Positions 8,545 to 16,166 of a stretch of DNA of 39,079 nucleotides are shown piece after piece. Position 1 is the stretch's first letter; every line of letters begins with the position of its first letter. The translations under genes were made by a program, and so were the position numbers. This stretch comes from a virus (taxonomy: Duplodnaviria > Caudoviricetes). The stretch spans positions 1 to 39,079 of the IMG/VR virus record IMGVR_UViG_3300007960_000057, one strand, 5' to 3'. The notes beneath the pieces are model-generated. The model saw only the letters and a program-made list of their open reading frames with translations, was not told the DNA's origin and ran no database searches.

Positions 8545-8605
8545 TGCTGGTTGTACCACTTTGACTGAGTGAGTGTGGTAGGGTTGGTGGGAATAACAAC
8601 GGAGG
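8545..8605 (+). promoter_or_regulatory. FadR/GntR-like box + 17 nt + -10 element + AACAACGGAGG leader (copy 1)
   Basis: TGCTGGTTGTACCACTT (8545-8561; TGGT-N3-ACCA), 17 nt, TAGGGT (8579-8584), 10 nt, AACAACGGAGG (8595-8605), 5 nt, ATG. Spacing is identical to the copy at 28285-28345. Confidence 0.65.
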
Positions 8606-8610
8606 ATAAT

Positions 8611-9765
8611 ATGAATTATTGGTCAGGAATGCCCGAATTCAATCAGCAAAAAATTATAGACATAAAGATTTCTGCATCAGTCGATGGGTCTGTTGTTTTT
8701 GTCAGATTCCGCAATAAAAACGACATGATAGAATTCATAGGTAGAGCTAGGTATTTTGATGGGAAAACGGCTTATTTTGATTGCAGGAAAAGCCTTGCTG
8801 ACGCCGCAGAGCAGAAGGTAACAGAAAAAACAAAAAGCATTTGGTTCCCGTATAAGCCGCACAGGTCTGAAAAAAAAGAGATTTATGTCGCCTCAAAAGA
8901 CATAAAAAACAAATACCCTATTTATATAGTATCAAAAGGACGCAGCCATAACGGGTTGACAACAAAAGCACTTGCAGAGATGCGCGTTAACCACTTCATA
9001 GTCATTGAGGAAAACGAGCTGGATGCCTACAGAGCAACAAAAAACAAATTTGCAGAGTTACTTGTTTTGCCTGAAAAATACAAGCAAGAATACGACACTT
9101 GCGACAGCTTGGGGATGACAAAAAGCGTAGGGCCAGGCGCTGCAAGAAACTTTTGTATAGACCACTCGCTTGCTAATGGAAGCAAAAAGCATTGGGTAAT
9201 GGATGACAACTTAGACGCTTTCCATCACCTGAACAATAACAAGAAAAAAGAATGCAATAGCAGCTCTGTTTTTTATTTGTCCGAATGCTTTATAGATAAG
9301 TTTTCTAACGTACCAGTAGCAGGCCTTAACTATTACTCCTTTGCAAAGTCAGGAGATCCAGTGCCGCCATTTGTTGCAAACACAAGGATTTATAGCTGTC
9401 TGCTAATTGATAATGAATCCGGTTACAGATGGCGAGGAAGATACAACGAGGACACCGACCTGTCGCTAAGGGTTTTAAAAGACGGGCTTTGCACAATACA
9501 GCTAAACGCATTTCTGTGTGGAAAAGTAACCACACAGCGAATGAGGGGCGGAAATAGTGCGGATTTTTATGACAGCGAAGGCACGCTGCCGAAGTCAAAA
9601 ATGCTCAGCGAGCTGCATCCAGATGTCTCTGCCGTGGTGTGGAAGTTCAACAGATGGCACCATCACATAGACTACTCAAGATTTAAGTCTAACCAGCTTA
9701 TTGAAAAGGCAAATCAGGAGAAGATAGAGAATATAGATTTCAATATTGTAGAAGTAGGCGCATAA
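8611..9765 (+). CDS. GREB1/TAGT-like GT-A glycosyltransferase (putative DNA base glycosylation) fused to an N-terminal WxGMPEF...TKSIWFP domain
   Basis: YPIYIVSKGR, GPGAARNF, HWVMDDN (DxD-like), YSCLLI, WRGRYNEDTDLSL, TQRMRGGN, RWHHHIDY; strong RBS GGAGG before ATG 8611; AT-rich. Confidence 0.78.
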   Translation: MNYWSGMPEFNQQKIIDIKISASVDGSVVFVRFRNKNDMIEFIGRARYFDGKTAYFDCRKSLADAAEQKVTEKTKSIWFPYKPHRSEKKEIYVASKDIKNKYPIYIVSKGRSHNGLTTKALAEMRVNHFIVIEENELDAYRATKNKFAELLVLPEKYKQEYDTCDSLGMTKSVGPGAARNFCIDHSLANGSKKHWVMDDNLDAFHHLNNNKKKECNSSSVFYLSECFIDKFSNVPVAGLNYYSFAKSGDPVPPFVANTRIYSCLLIDNESGYRWRGRYNEDTDLSLRVLKDGLCTIQLNAFLCGKVTTQRMRGGNSADFYDSEGTLPKSKMLSELHPDVSAVVWKFNRWHHHIDYSRFKSNQLIEKANQEKIENIDFNIVEVGA

Positions 9766-9779
9766 CGCGCCTTTTTCTT
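9756..9779 (+). terminator. Intrinsic terminator closing the glycosyltransferase moron
   Basis: AGGCGC-ATAAC-GCGCCT then TTTTCTT; the stop codon lies in the loop. Confidence 0.75.
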
Positions 9780-9781
9780 AT

Positions 9782-9835
9782 CACTCCTCCGACCAGTCAA
9801 AAAGTTGTTGCACTATTCCATAGTTGACTTATAGT
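9782..9835 (+). promoter_or_regulatory. FadR/GntR-like box (copy 2) upstream of a sigma70-type promoter
   Basis: CACTCCTCCGACCAGTC (9782-9798; 15/17 identical to 38448-38464); TTGCAC (9808-9813), 16 nt, TATAGT (9830-9835). Confidence 0.55.
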
Positions 9836-9877
9836 TAACTCATGCAGCGCGGTGCTGCACAACAACGGATGAACACC

Positions 9878-10255
9878 ATGAATCAAAAACAACTAGCCGA
9901 CCACTACGGTATCAGCAAAGCGGCTGTAAGCCGCTGGAGCGAAGCCAAGCGCCATCGCAAGACGGTGGAAGCCTTAGCAGGATACGACGCAGCCACAGGC
10001 GCTGTGGTGGCTGAATTGCAGCGCTTGGCATACCTGTACAACTGCCAACAATATCGCGGTGAGCGTATCGTCGGCATGTGCTACGTATCAGTGGCAAACG
10101 TTTTAGTAAATGTAGCGCTGTTTGACTTGGAGAACCCATCGATGGAGCCATTCAAGTCATACACCGCGGAATTAGAAAACGCAGCGCAGTTAGCTGACTT
10201 ATTAGCAACAATGGAAGGGCTTGTATATGGAGCGTCGCAAAGTGTATCGGAGTGA
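9878..10255 (+). CDS. Protein with N-terminal HTH DNA-binding motif
   Basis: MNQKQLADHYGISKAAVSRW; leader AACAACGGATG before ATG 9878. Confidence 0.75.
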   Translation: MNQKQLADHYGISKAAVSRWSEAKRHRKTVEALAGYDAATGAVVAELQRLAYLYNCQQYRGERIVGMCYVSVANVLVNVALFDLENPSMEPFKSYTAELENAAQLADLLATMEGLVYGASQSVSE

Positions 10256-10343
10256 GTTTGTGGAAGGTTTAGTCTGGTCAGTCATCGCAGTTGCTGGCTT
10301 GTTTTTAACGTTACATCTAATGTTTGAGGCGGCAGCGTTATGA
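10227..10343 (+). CDS. Small membrane peptide (38 aa)
   Basis: MERRKVYRSEFVEGLVWSVIAVAGLFLTLHLMFEAAAL; fills the gap; ATGA overlap with the next gene. Confidence 0.5.
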   Translation: MERRKVYRSEFVEGLVWSVIAVAGLFLTLHLMFEAAAL

Positions 10344-10489
10344 TTATCACCATCTTAATACTGGCAAACATCGCGGCGCTGGCTTTGTTGATTCGCAACG
10401 TCAGCAAACACAACCGCGAAATCGAGCAGCAAGAGCGCCACTGGCAGGAAACGCTGCGGACTGGTAACGATTATCCATGGAGAAAGTAA
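10340..10489 (+). CDS. Small N-terminally anchored membrane protein (49 aa)
   Basis: MIITILILANIAALALLIRNVSKHNREIEQ...; GAGG RBS; ends 1 nt before the next ATG. Confidence 0.6.
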   Translation: MIITILILANIAALALLIRNVSKHNREIEQQERHWQETLRTGNDYPWRK

Positions 10490-10490
10490 T

Positions 10491-10715
10491 ATGTCTGGTA
10501 TCAACGAAATCAAAGCGCGCATCGAGCAAGCGCGTGACCAAGTAGAATTTTACAACGTCATCGACGAAACGTGCATCAAAGGCGGCTACATATTTGACGA
10601 TTCTGAGACGATGCGCGAAAACGCAGACAGGGCTGTAATGCAAGGCAAGCCGCTAATCTGTGAGGCGCTGCGGTATGCTGGACTTGTTATTAAGCGGAAT
10701 GGGTGGAGTGAGTGA
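10491..10715 (+). CDS. Hypothetical protein
   Basis: 74-aa ORF with GGAG RBS in a tightly packed operon. Confidence 0.7.
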   Translation: MSGINEIKARIEQARDQVEFYNVIDETCIKGGYIFDDSETMRENADRAVMQGKPLICEALRYAGLVIKRNGWSE

Positions 10716-10716
10716 G

Positions 10717-11289
10717 ATGAAACTATCAGAAGAATTAGGCAAATGGCGCTGTGACCGCCCAGATGAATGGAAAATGGATGAGTTTCAGCGTAATGCTGAG
10801 AAGTTGGAGGCTGAGCGCGATGCGTTGGTTTTGAAGCTGCAGACAGCTGAAGAAAACGCACGCCAACAGCGTGACATGAAAGCTAAAGCACGTGAGCAAC
10901 GCGATGCGTTGGCGGCGAAGGTTAAGAACCTAGAGAACGAATTGCGCCAACGTAAGCTGATTCACATTGGTTTCACCAACGAATCACAAGTTCAGTATGT
11001 GACTGAGCAAAAAGAAGATGGGAGCTTTTATCCGGATTCGGACAACGGCTGTTACATCCCAGTTTACATGCTGGACGTTCACGCGCACCGAGTAGGTTCT
11101 GACAGTGAGATATACAAAGAGCATTGCGAGCTGTGGAAGCAACGTAAACAGATTGCAGAAATCCGTGCTGAGGCGGGGCGTGCTGGGTTTATCGCTGGCT
11201 GCCATTGTGGAGCTAACTATAATATTCACGACTGGGACAGCATAGCCGATAAATTCGCCGCCAAAGTGCGGCAAGGTGGTGCAGAATGA
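10717..11289 (+). CDS. Hypothetical coiled-coil early protein (Ead/Ea22-like architecture)
   Basis: ATG 10717 with GGAG RBS; AERDAL/EQRDALAA repeats and an AEIRAEAGRAGF...VRQGG tail typical of phage mosaic early proteins. Confidence 0.7.
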   Translation: MKLSEELGKWRCDRPDEWKMDEFQRNAEKLEAERDALVLKLQTAEENARQQRDMKAKAREQRDALAAKVKNLENELRQRKLIHIGFTNESQVQYVTEQKEDGSFYPDSDNGCYIPVYMLDVHAHRVGSDSEIYKEHCELWKQRKQIAEIRAEAGRAGFIAGCHCGANYNIHDWDSIADKFAAKVRQGGAE

Positions 11290-11453
11290 CCCCAACGCAC
11301 AACTTAGGAAAACCAACCCAGCCGCAACTAATGCGAATCCGCATCAAAGCGACTGGCAAGGTCACAACCGCAACGTCTTATGGCTTTGGGTGGCTTGTTG
11401 CGAGTGGGAAAATCTATACCAAGCACACAGCGGAGTTTATTGGTCGTGCATAG
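11286..11453 (+). CDS. Hypothetical protein (55 aa)
   Basis: MTPTHNLGKPTQPQLMRIRIKATGK...; ATGA overlap with the upstream stop; fits better than the 11276-11506 ORF. Confidence 0.55.
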   Translation: MTPTHNLGKPTQPQLMRIRIKATGKVTTATSYGFGWLVASGKIYTKHTAEFIGRA

Positions 11454-11754
11454 CAACAGAGAATTCGACCATGACGCAATCAAGCGAGACTACGCCAGCG
11501 GGTTGAAGTTGGCGTATATCGCAGCAACACATGGCTGCTCAATTAACACGGTGTCGGCTATTGCTAATAAGCATGGGCTAAGACGGCGTGAATTAAGACA
11601 AATCATGCCAAGCCATTTGAAGGCTATGCAGATGTATTTGCAAGGTGCTCCACTCAAACAAATACGCGCAGAGACTGGATTGCAAGACAGCCAGATTTAC
11701 CAAACGATGAATAAATACGGCGTACGGCAACGGAGGAATAATGTTAAACGATAA
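11446..11754 (+). CDS. Tandem (2x) HTH DNA-binding protein
   Basis: GTG start with GGAG RBS; repeats DYASG..LAYIA..HGCS..TV and MYLQG..LKQI..TGL..SQIY..KYGV. Confidence 0.72.
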   Translation: MHSNREFDHDAIKRDYASGLKLAYIAATHGCSINTVSAIANKHGLRRRELRQIMPSHLKAMQMYLQGAPLKQIRAETGLQDSQIYQTMNKYGVRQRRNNVKR

Positions 11755-12208
11755 ACAACGAAAACAGATTCTTGAGATGTACGGCAACGGCGAAAAGGTT
11801 GAAGTGATTGCGATGATTGTTGGCTGTCGAAATGACGAGGTGTCAAAGACAGCGATAAATGCGGGTATGCGTCGGCATGCCAGATTCAAGAACATTAAGC
11901 AGCGAGATGATGACATTGCCAAAGATTACATGGCGGGAATCAAAGTTGCTGAAATTGCCAAAAAGTACGGATTGGAGCAAACAAACATCTATCGCGCATT
12001 AAAACGCCACGGAATCACAGAGAGACGATGCAAAAGCGTTTCCAGAAAGCTAACACCGCACGATACATCCACAGCCGTGCAGATGTACCAAATGTCAAAG
12101 ATGACCATGGCAGAGCTTGCCGCTAGTTTTAACGTTAGCGTCGGTTGCTTAACAGGAATCTTTCGACGGCTTGGCGTTGAGCCGCAACGTAAAAAAAGAG
12201 CCGCATAA
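11741..12208 (+). CDS. Tandem (3x) HTH DNA-binding protein
   Basis: Three Y-x-x-G-type HTH units, e.g. DYMAGIKVAEIAKKYGLEQTNIYRALKRHGI; CAACGGAGG RBS. Confidence 0.8.
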   Translation: MLNDKQRKQILEMYGNGEKVEVIAMIVGCRNDEVSKTAINAGMRRHARFKNIKQRDDDIAKDYMAGIKVAEIAKKYGLEQTNIYRALKRHGITERRCKSVSRKLTPHDTSTAVQMYQMSKMTMAELAASFNVSVGCLTGIFRRLGVEPQRKKRAA

Positions 12209-12216
12209 AGCGGCTT
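12191..12216 (-). terminator. Terminator at the convergence of early and late transcripts
   Basis: AGCCGC-ATAAA-GCGGCT preceded by A7 on the plus strand (U-tract on the minus strand). Confidence 0.75.
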
Positions 12217-12250
12217 AAAGGTCTAACAACGGTGGAGAACGTGGAGAATG

Positions 12251-12556
12251 TCAACGAATAACGATAGGTTGCTGTAATACTCGCAGCTTTTCACCTGAAA
12301 GTAAATAGCCATCGTTAAACTGCGTTGAATAGCCGACAATCTCAGGATGGTAACAACCAGCAGCAAGCGCAGTTGTGTCGCCAATCGACAACACCAAATC
12401 ATTGCCATCAACCGTCAACTTACCGCCTGCTGTCGTGTACGACTCGCCACCAATGGTAAGCGTCAGCGATGTAAACGAGGCAAGCGTAACACTTCCCGTA
12501 AAGCTAAACGTTAGCCTTACAGGGTTGTCCTTGCCTTTTATTATGACGTTTTGCAT
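12251..12556 (-). CDS. Putative small beta-sandwich virion protein
   Basis: 101 aa, beta-rich (IIKGKDN.V.LTF...LAAG.Y..EIV); last gene of the late operon. Confidence 0.65.
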   Translation of the reverse strand: MQNVIIKGKDNPVRLTFSFTGSVTLASFTSLTLTIGGESYTTAGGKLTVDGNDLVLSIGDTTALAAGCYHPEIVGYSTQFNDGYLLSGEKLRVLQQPIVIR

Positions 12557-12567
12557 ACGTCACCGCC

Positions 12568-12990
12568 TTATGACAATGTGATTAATGGACTGGACAGCTG
12601 GATACGCTGCGTGTCACCGTTTGCCAATGTAACGCTTGAACCAATCGGCCAGAATGCAATCAATTCGTCGTTTGTTGCCGTGTCGTTGTACAGCACGTAG
12701 TGAGTGTATGGGCCAACTGCGCCAGTTGCCGTAATCGTGGTATCAACGTTAACCGCCAGCGTATAAGTACCCCCAGTTTGCGACGATGCTGTAACTGTTA
12801 CAGCGATACCGCCAGCTGTATATCCGTTACCGCCTGCAATCTCTGCCACGTTAGCCTTAACTGTGTGTGTCGCAGCGTTTGGAGTTGCGTTTGTCAGATA
12901 AACCTTGAGCGCATCAGAGCCAAGGTTATGCACCTTCTCGCAAAGCGCCTCTGAAAATGATTGAAATTTAGTTGCCGTTAGTGTTGCCAT
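12568..12990 (-). CDS. Putative virion structural protein
   Basis: Thr/Ala/Gly-rich 140 aa with LKVYLTN, EIAGGNGYTAGG and VLYNDT motifs typical of phage structural proteins. Confidence 0.75.
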   Translation of the reverse strand: MATLTATKFQSFSEALCEKVHNLGSDALKVYLTNATPNAATHTVKANVAEIAGGNGYTAGGIAVTVTASSQTGGTYTLAVNVDTTITATGAVGPYTHYVLYNDTATNDELIAFWPIGSSVTLANGDTQRIQLSSPLITLS

Positions 12991-14252
12991 GTAATTCGCT
13001 CCAATATGTCCGCAGCGTAGCCTGCGCTGATAATGTCGTTTGCATACGCCGCAGCGACAATGCTGTCGGCATACCTAATTGTATAACCTTCAATCGTTAC
13101 TGTCACTTCGCCCGACCATGTGTGCAGTAACGTGTTGACCGATGTGCTGTACGTCAAGCCAAGCAGTGCGCTATTGTACGCAAGCGATGCGGATAGATTG
13201 CCGACAGCTGATGTATAGCTCAATCCTGCAAGCGTTGTATTGCGCTGCACGGTCGATACAAGCGAGCCGACAACAAGCGATAGGTTAACTCCTTGAAGTG
13301 CATCGTCGCGTCCTGCTGCGCTTGTGTTGGTTGATTCCAAGTTGCCGACAGTGTACGCATACGCACCACCAACCAGCAATGACGAATAACCGCGAGTTGC
13401 GTCAAGCTGCCCAACTGATGCGCTGTACGTTAATCCGCTTAACATGTCACCATAACCGCGGGTTGCGTTTAGGCTGTTAACTGATGATGTGTAGCTAACG
13501 CCATTTAAAACGTCTGTATGCGCTGTTGACGACGCAAGCGTGCCGATGCTAGACGTGTACGTAACACCAACAAGCGCATCCAAGTGCGCTATTGATGATA
13601 CAAGCGCGCCGACGCTGCTGCTGAATGTCGCGCCGTTTAGTAGGTCGGCGTAGGCTGTACCGCCGCTGCTGTAGAAAACCCATTCTGAGTCGTTGGCTGG
13701 CCATGTGCCGACCTGCGTGCCATTATTGGCGCTATTTACGGTGTCAGGTAGTATTGTGCCGCTACTGGTTCCTGACGGGTCGTAGTATCTCGTTGCAGAT
13801 GCGCCGCCGTTTGTGCTGATTGCGACATAATAGAATCCGCCGCGAAATGCCTCTGTCGTGGAGTTGGCAAACCTTCCAATACAGTCAATTGTTAGGTTTG
13901 CACTGTTAAACAGGTCTGAACCAAGGACGGAGCCGTTGAATGTGCACCGCCAAGTTGTTGAGCTTGCGCGAGTGAATCTGACTGTAAATATTGTGCCGAC
14001 AGCTGGCTGAGTGTACCCAGTCGTAAAAGTTACGCTACTGCCGCCGCACGCAAGAGCCGCAGATGCTGGCCGTATCTCAATGAAATTGCTGAAACCAGAT
14101 TGCTGACCTATAACACGGTAGTTGTTTGATGGATTGCCAGAGTTGGCAACAGCCTTGACCTCTATGTAATCACCAACCGTAGCACCAACAACGATTGATG
14201 GTATATTTACCGCAGCGCTGGATGATGATGCATTGTTAAGGTAGTAAGGCAT
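12978..14252 (-). CDS. Putative fibre/appendage protein: lectin (LamG/ConA)-like N-domain + eight 22-aa repeats
   Basis: N-terminal beta-rich domain (IGRF...FRGGFY...YYD...LPDTV...NGT..GTWP); residues ~201-380 repeat L-x-G-x-x-Y-x-x-x-V-G-x-L with a 22-aa period. Confidence 0.7.
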   Translation of the reverse strand: MPYYLNNASSSSAAVNIPSIVVGATVGDYIEVKAVANSGNPSNNYRVIGQQSGFSNFIEIRPASAALACGGSSVTFTTGYTQPAVGTIFTVRFTRASSTTWRCTFNGSVLGSDLFNSANLTIDCIGRFANSTTEAFRGGFYYVAISTNGGASATRYYDPSGTSSGTILPDTVNSANNGTQVGTWPANDSEWVFYSSGGTAYADLLNGATFSSSVGALVSSIAHLDALVGVTYTSSIGTLASSTAHTDVLNGVSYTSSVNSLNATRGYGDMLSGLTYSASVGQLDATRGYSSLLVGGAYAYTVGNLESTNTSAAGRDDALQGVNLSLVVGSLVSTVQRNTTLAGLSYTSAVGNLSASLAYNSALLGLTYSTSVNTLLHTWSGEVTVTIEGYTIRYADSIVAAAYANDIISAGYAADILERITWQH

Positions 14253-14254
14253 AA

Positions 14255-14956
14255 CTAACTCACCACGCAGTCAAGCGCATACTCACACCGCCAGCGATAC
14301 GACCTGCCTGCTTTTGTTGGTATCGCGGCTTGATACTCACCTACCAACTCAACACCATGAACCGCTGTGCTGTGCCGCCAATCGGACAAGCTGCCATCTG
14401 GTAAAACGTCTTGGTGTTGGATGACGATATGCGTTGATTCTGGCGCTTTGGTTCTTAGCCAGATGTTGACAGCGTTGTTTGATGTTGCGAGCGGTTGCCA
14501 CGTGTCAGTAGGTGACAATTGAGCGGCGCGAGCCTTGATAACATCATCAAGCGTAACCGACGGAAAGCGAGGCTTGTAATTCGACAGGCTAAACATAGCA
14601 CTTTTAAATTGCGTCAGCTTTGCCGACATCGCTGGAATTCCCGCAATCATTGCGTCCAACATTTGTAAATTGCCATCGCCTGCCGTTGTGCCTTGAATAA
14701 AGTTAAACGGATGATTGCCGGTAATAGACAAAATCACAGACGCCATCTTGTGGCGAAACGGGCTTGCGCTGTCGTTGGCAATATCTTGGATGGAGCCTGT
14801 CAAATCCAGCTTTGCAAACATCTGATTTACCGTTGTTGCAGGAATTAGATTCGACTCCTGCACTGTCTGTACTTTCAAGTAGGCTAGCGCTTGCGCGTTG
14901 TCGAGCGTTGCATATTCTGGCTTGCTCAATTCTTTCGCTAACTCAATCAACGTCAT
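14255..14956 (-). CDS. Hypothetical protein (late operon)
   Basis: 233-aa ORF, ATGA-coupled to the upstream gene, GGAG RBS. Confidence 0.75.
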   Translation of the reverse strand: MTLIELAKELSKPEYATLDNAQALAYLKVQTVQESNLIPATTVNQMFAKLDLTGSIQDIANDSASPFRHKMASVILSITGNHPFNFIQGTTAGDGNLQMLDAMIAGIPAMSAKLTQFKSAMFSLSNYKPRFPSVTLDDVIKARAAQLSPTDTWQPLATSNNAVNIWLRTKAPESTHIVIQHQDVLPDGSLSDWRHSTAVHGVELVGEYQAAIPTKAGRSYRWRCEYALDCVVS

Positions 14957-15360
14957 TTGCTATTACTCCAAATCATCTCTGGCGTTATCCGACTAACGCG
15001 GTCTTTTCGGTACGTGCCAGCGGCATGAGCGACTAACTCGCTGCAAAACCAAGCGTTGTCTTGATTCCAACCGCTACGAAACAATATACCAAATATAGCG
15101 GAGAAATCATATTTCTTGCCGACTTCTTGCAATGCGCGAAACTCTGCATCGTCGTCGTTTTCTGTCAGCATGGTGGCGTACGAATGGTCGTTGTAGCGCT
15201 TGATAAAATCAGCGATTGGCGTCATTACCACGCCGTGCAGCGCTGTGGCTTCGATGACTTTATCACCGACAACGATTCCAACATGCGACCAGCGGGACCA
15301 CGTAAATATTCTAATGAGCCATGAAAACGGAAGGTTGTTGCGTCCGAAGATTAGTTTCAT
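14953..15360 (-). CDS. Permuted papain-like NlpC/P60 (YiiX/YebB-like) hydrolase
   Basis: WSHVGIV, VIEA, GKKYD, WFCSELVA: His precedes the catalytic Cys, as in permuted NlpC/P60. Confidence 0.85.
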   Translation of the reverse strand: MKLIFGRNNLPFSWLIRIFTWSRWSHVGIVVGDKVIEATALHGVVMTPIADFIKRYNDHSYATMLTENDDDAEFRALQEVGKKYDFSAIFGILFRSGWNQDNAWFCSELVAHAAGTYRKDRVSRITPEMIWSNSK

Positions 15361-15782
15361 TTGGTATCAGTCCCCTGCTTTTTATCAAAGCTGCGCATCA
15401 AGCCCAAACCCAACATGCCAAGCAGCACTTGAATGGTTAGCTCGGTGTTTATCTCGGGGAAGTTGCCTTGATAGTCATAAACCACTTTGGCCACAAAGCG
15501 CGCTATTGGCTCAACGATGGACGCATAAGCAAACGCAACGCCGCCAACCCAGCCAGCCCAAGGACGCCAGCCGCTTACAAACAGCGATGAAGATTGAGCT
15601 TCAATCTTGTTGACTTCAATCTGTCCCAGCAGCAAGTCAACCTGCGCTTTCATCAGCGCAAGGTCTCCCTGCTGTTTTAGCTGCTCAAGTCGGAATAGCT
15701 CTTCAGCTCGTTTGCTCGGGTCTGGCCATATTTTTTCGATGGCTGTCTTGCCAAGGTCGAATAGTGCGCTTAGTGGGTCCAT
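15357..15782 (-). CDS. Holin (3TM / GTA-holin-like family)
   Basis: NKIEA...LFVSGWRPWAGW motif, hydrophobic segments, GMLGLG..RSFDK; directly after the endolysin. Confidence 0.85.
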   Translation of the reverse strand: MDPLSALFDLGKTAIEKIWPDPSKRAEELFRLEQLKQQGDLALMKAQVDLLLGQIEVNKIEAQSSSLFVSGWRPWAGWVGGVAFAYASIVEPIARFVAKVVYDYQGNFPEINTELTIQVLLGMLGLGLMRSFDKKQGTDTK

Positions 15783-16153
15783 TACTTTACCTCTATCTGA
15801 TAATGCGGCAGGTCGACAAACGTTTTAAAGTCACCGCCCCACGTGATTTTCACGCCAAGCTCAGCCGCCGCCGCTTTCATCGCGGCAGCTACCAAGCCAA
15901 ACCGCGCCTTGTTATTCCAATCCACAGGTAGCGGCACAATATCAACCGCCTGCCCGATGATATGACGGCTATTCATGGTGCGAGTGAAGCCTTGTTTCAA
16001 TAGCTCCGCCTGCCGCTCTTTCGTGCGCAGCCCCTCGATAACAGTAAAATCCACCTCGGAAAGCTCCAAGGCGCGTTTCACTACGCGCACAAGGTCAGGA
16101 TGGACGCCGTTTAGGTTGTCTGTAGAGCGCTTTCCGAGAATGAATTTTGGCAT
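15782..16153 (-). CDS. Endolysin, M15 L-Ala-D-Glu peptidase (T5-like)
   Basis: GVHPDL, EGLRT.ERQ, SRH..G.AVD, WGGD, D.PH zinc-peptidase motifs. Confidence 0.92.
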   Translation of the reverse strand: MPKFILGKRSTDNLNGVHPDLVRVVKRALELSEVDFTVIEGLRTKERQAELLKQGFTRTMNSRHIIGQAVDIVPLPVDWNNKARFGLVAAAMKAAAAELGVKITWGGDFKTFVDLPHYQIEVK

Positions 16154-16166
16154 TTATCTGCACCTA

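Noticed and set aside
8480-8564. Open frame NITDLPPHDIPAAILERFRQAAVLVVPL-stop after the helicase, as a gene remnant or frameshift extension
   Set aside because: No start codon, RBS or slippery site; cannot be supported without homologues.
8561-8584. TTGACT as the -35 of the glycosyltransferase promoter
   Set aside because: Only 12 nt from TAGGGT, and no acceptable -10 lies at 16-18 nt.
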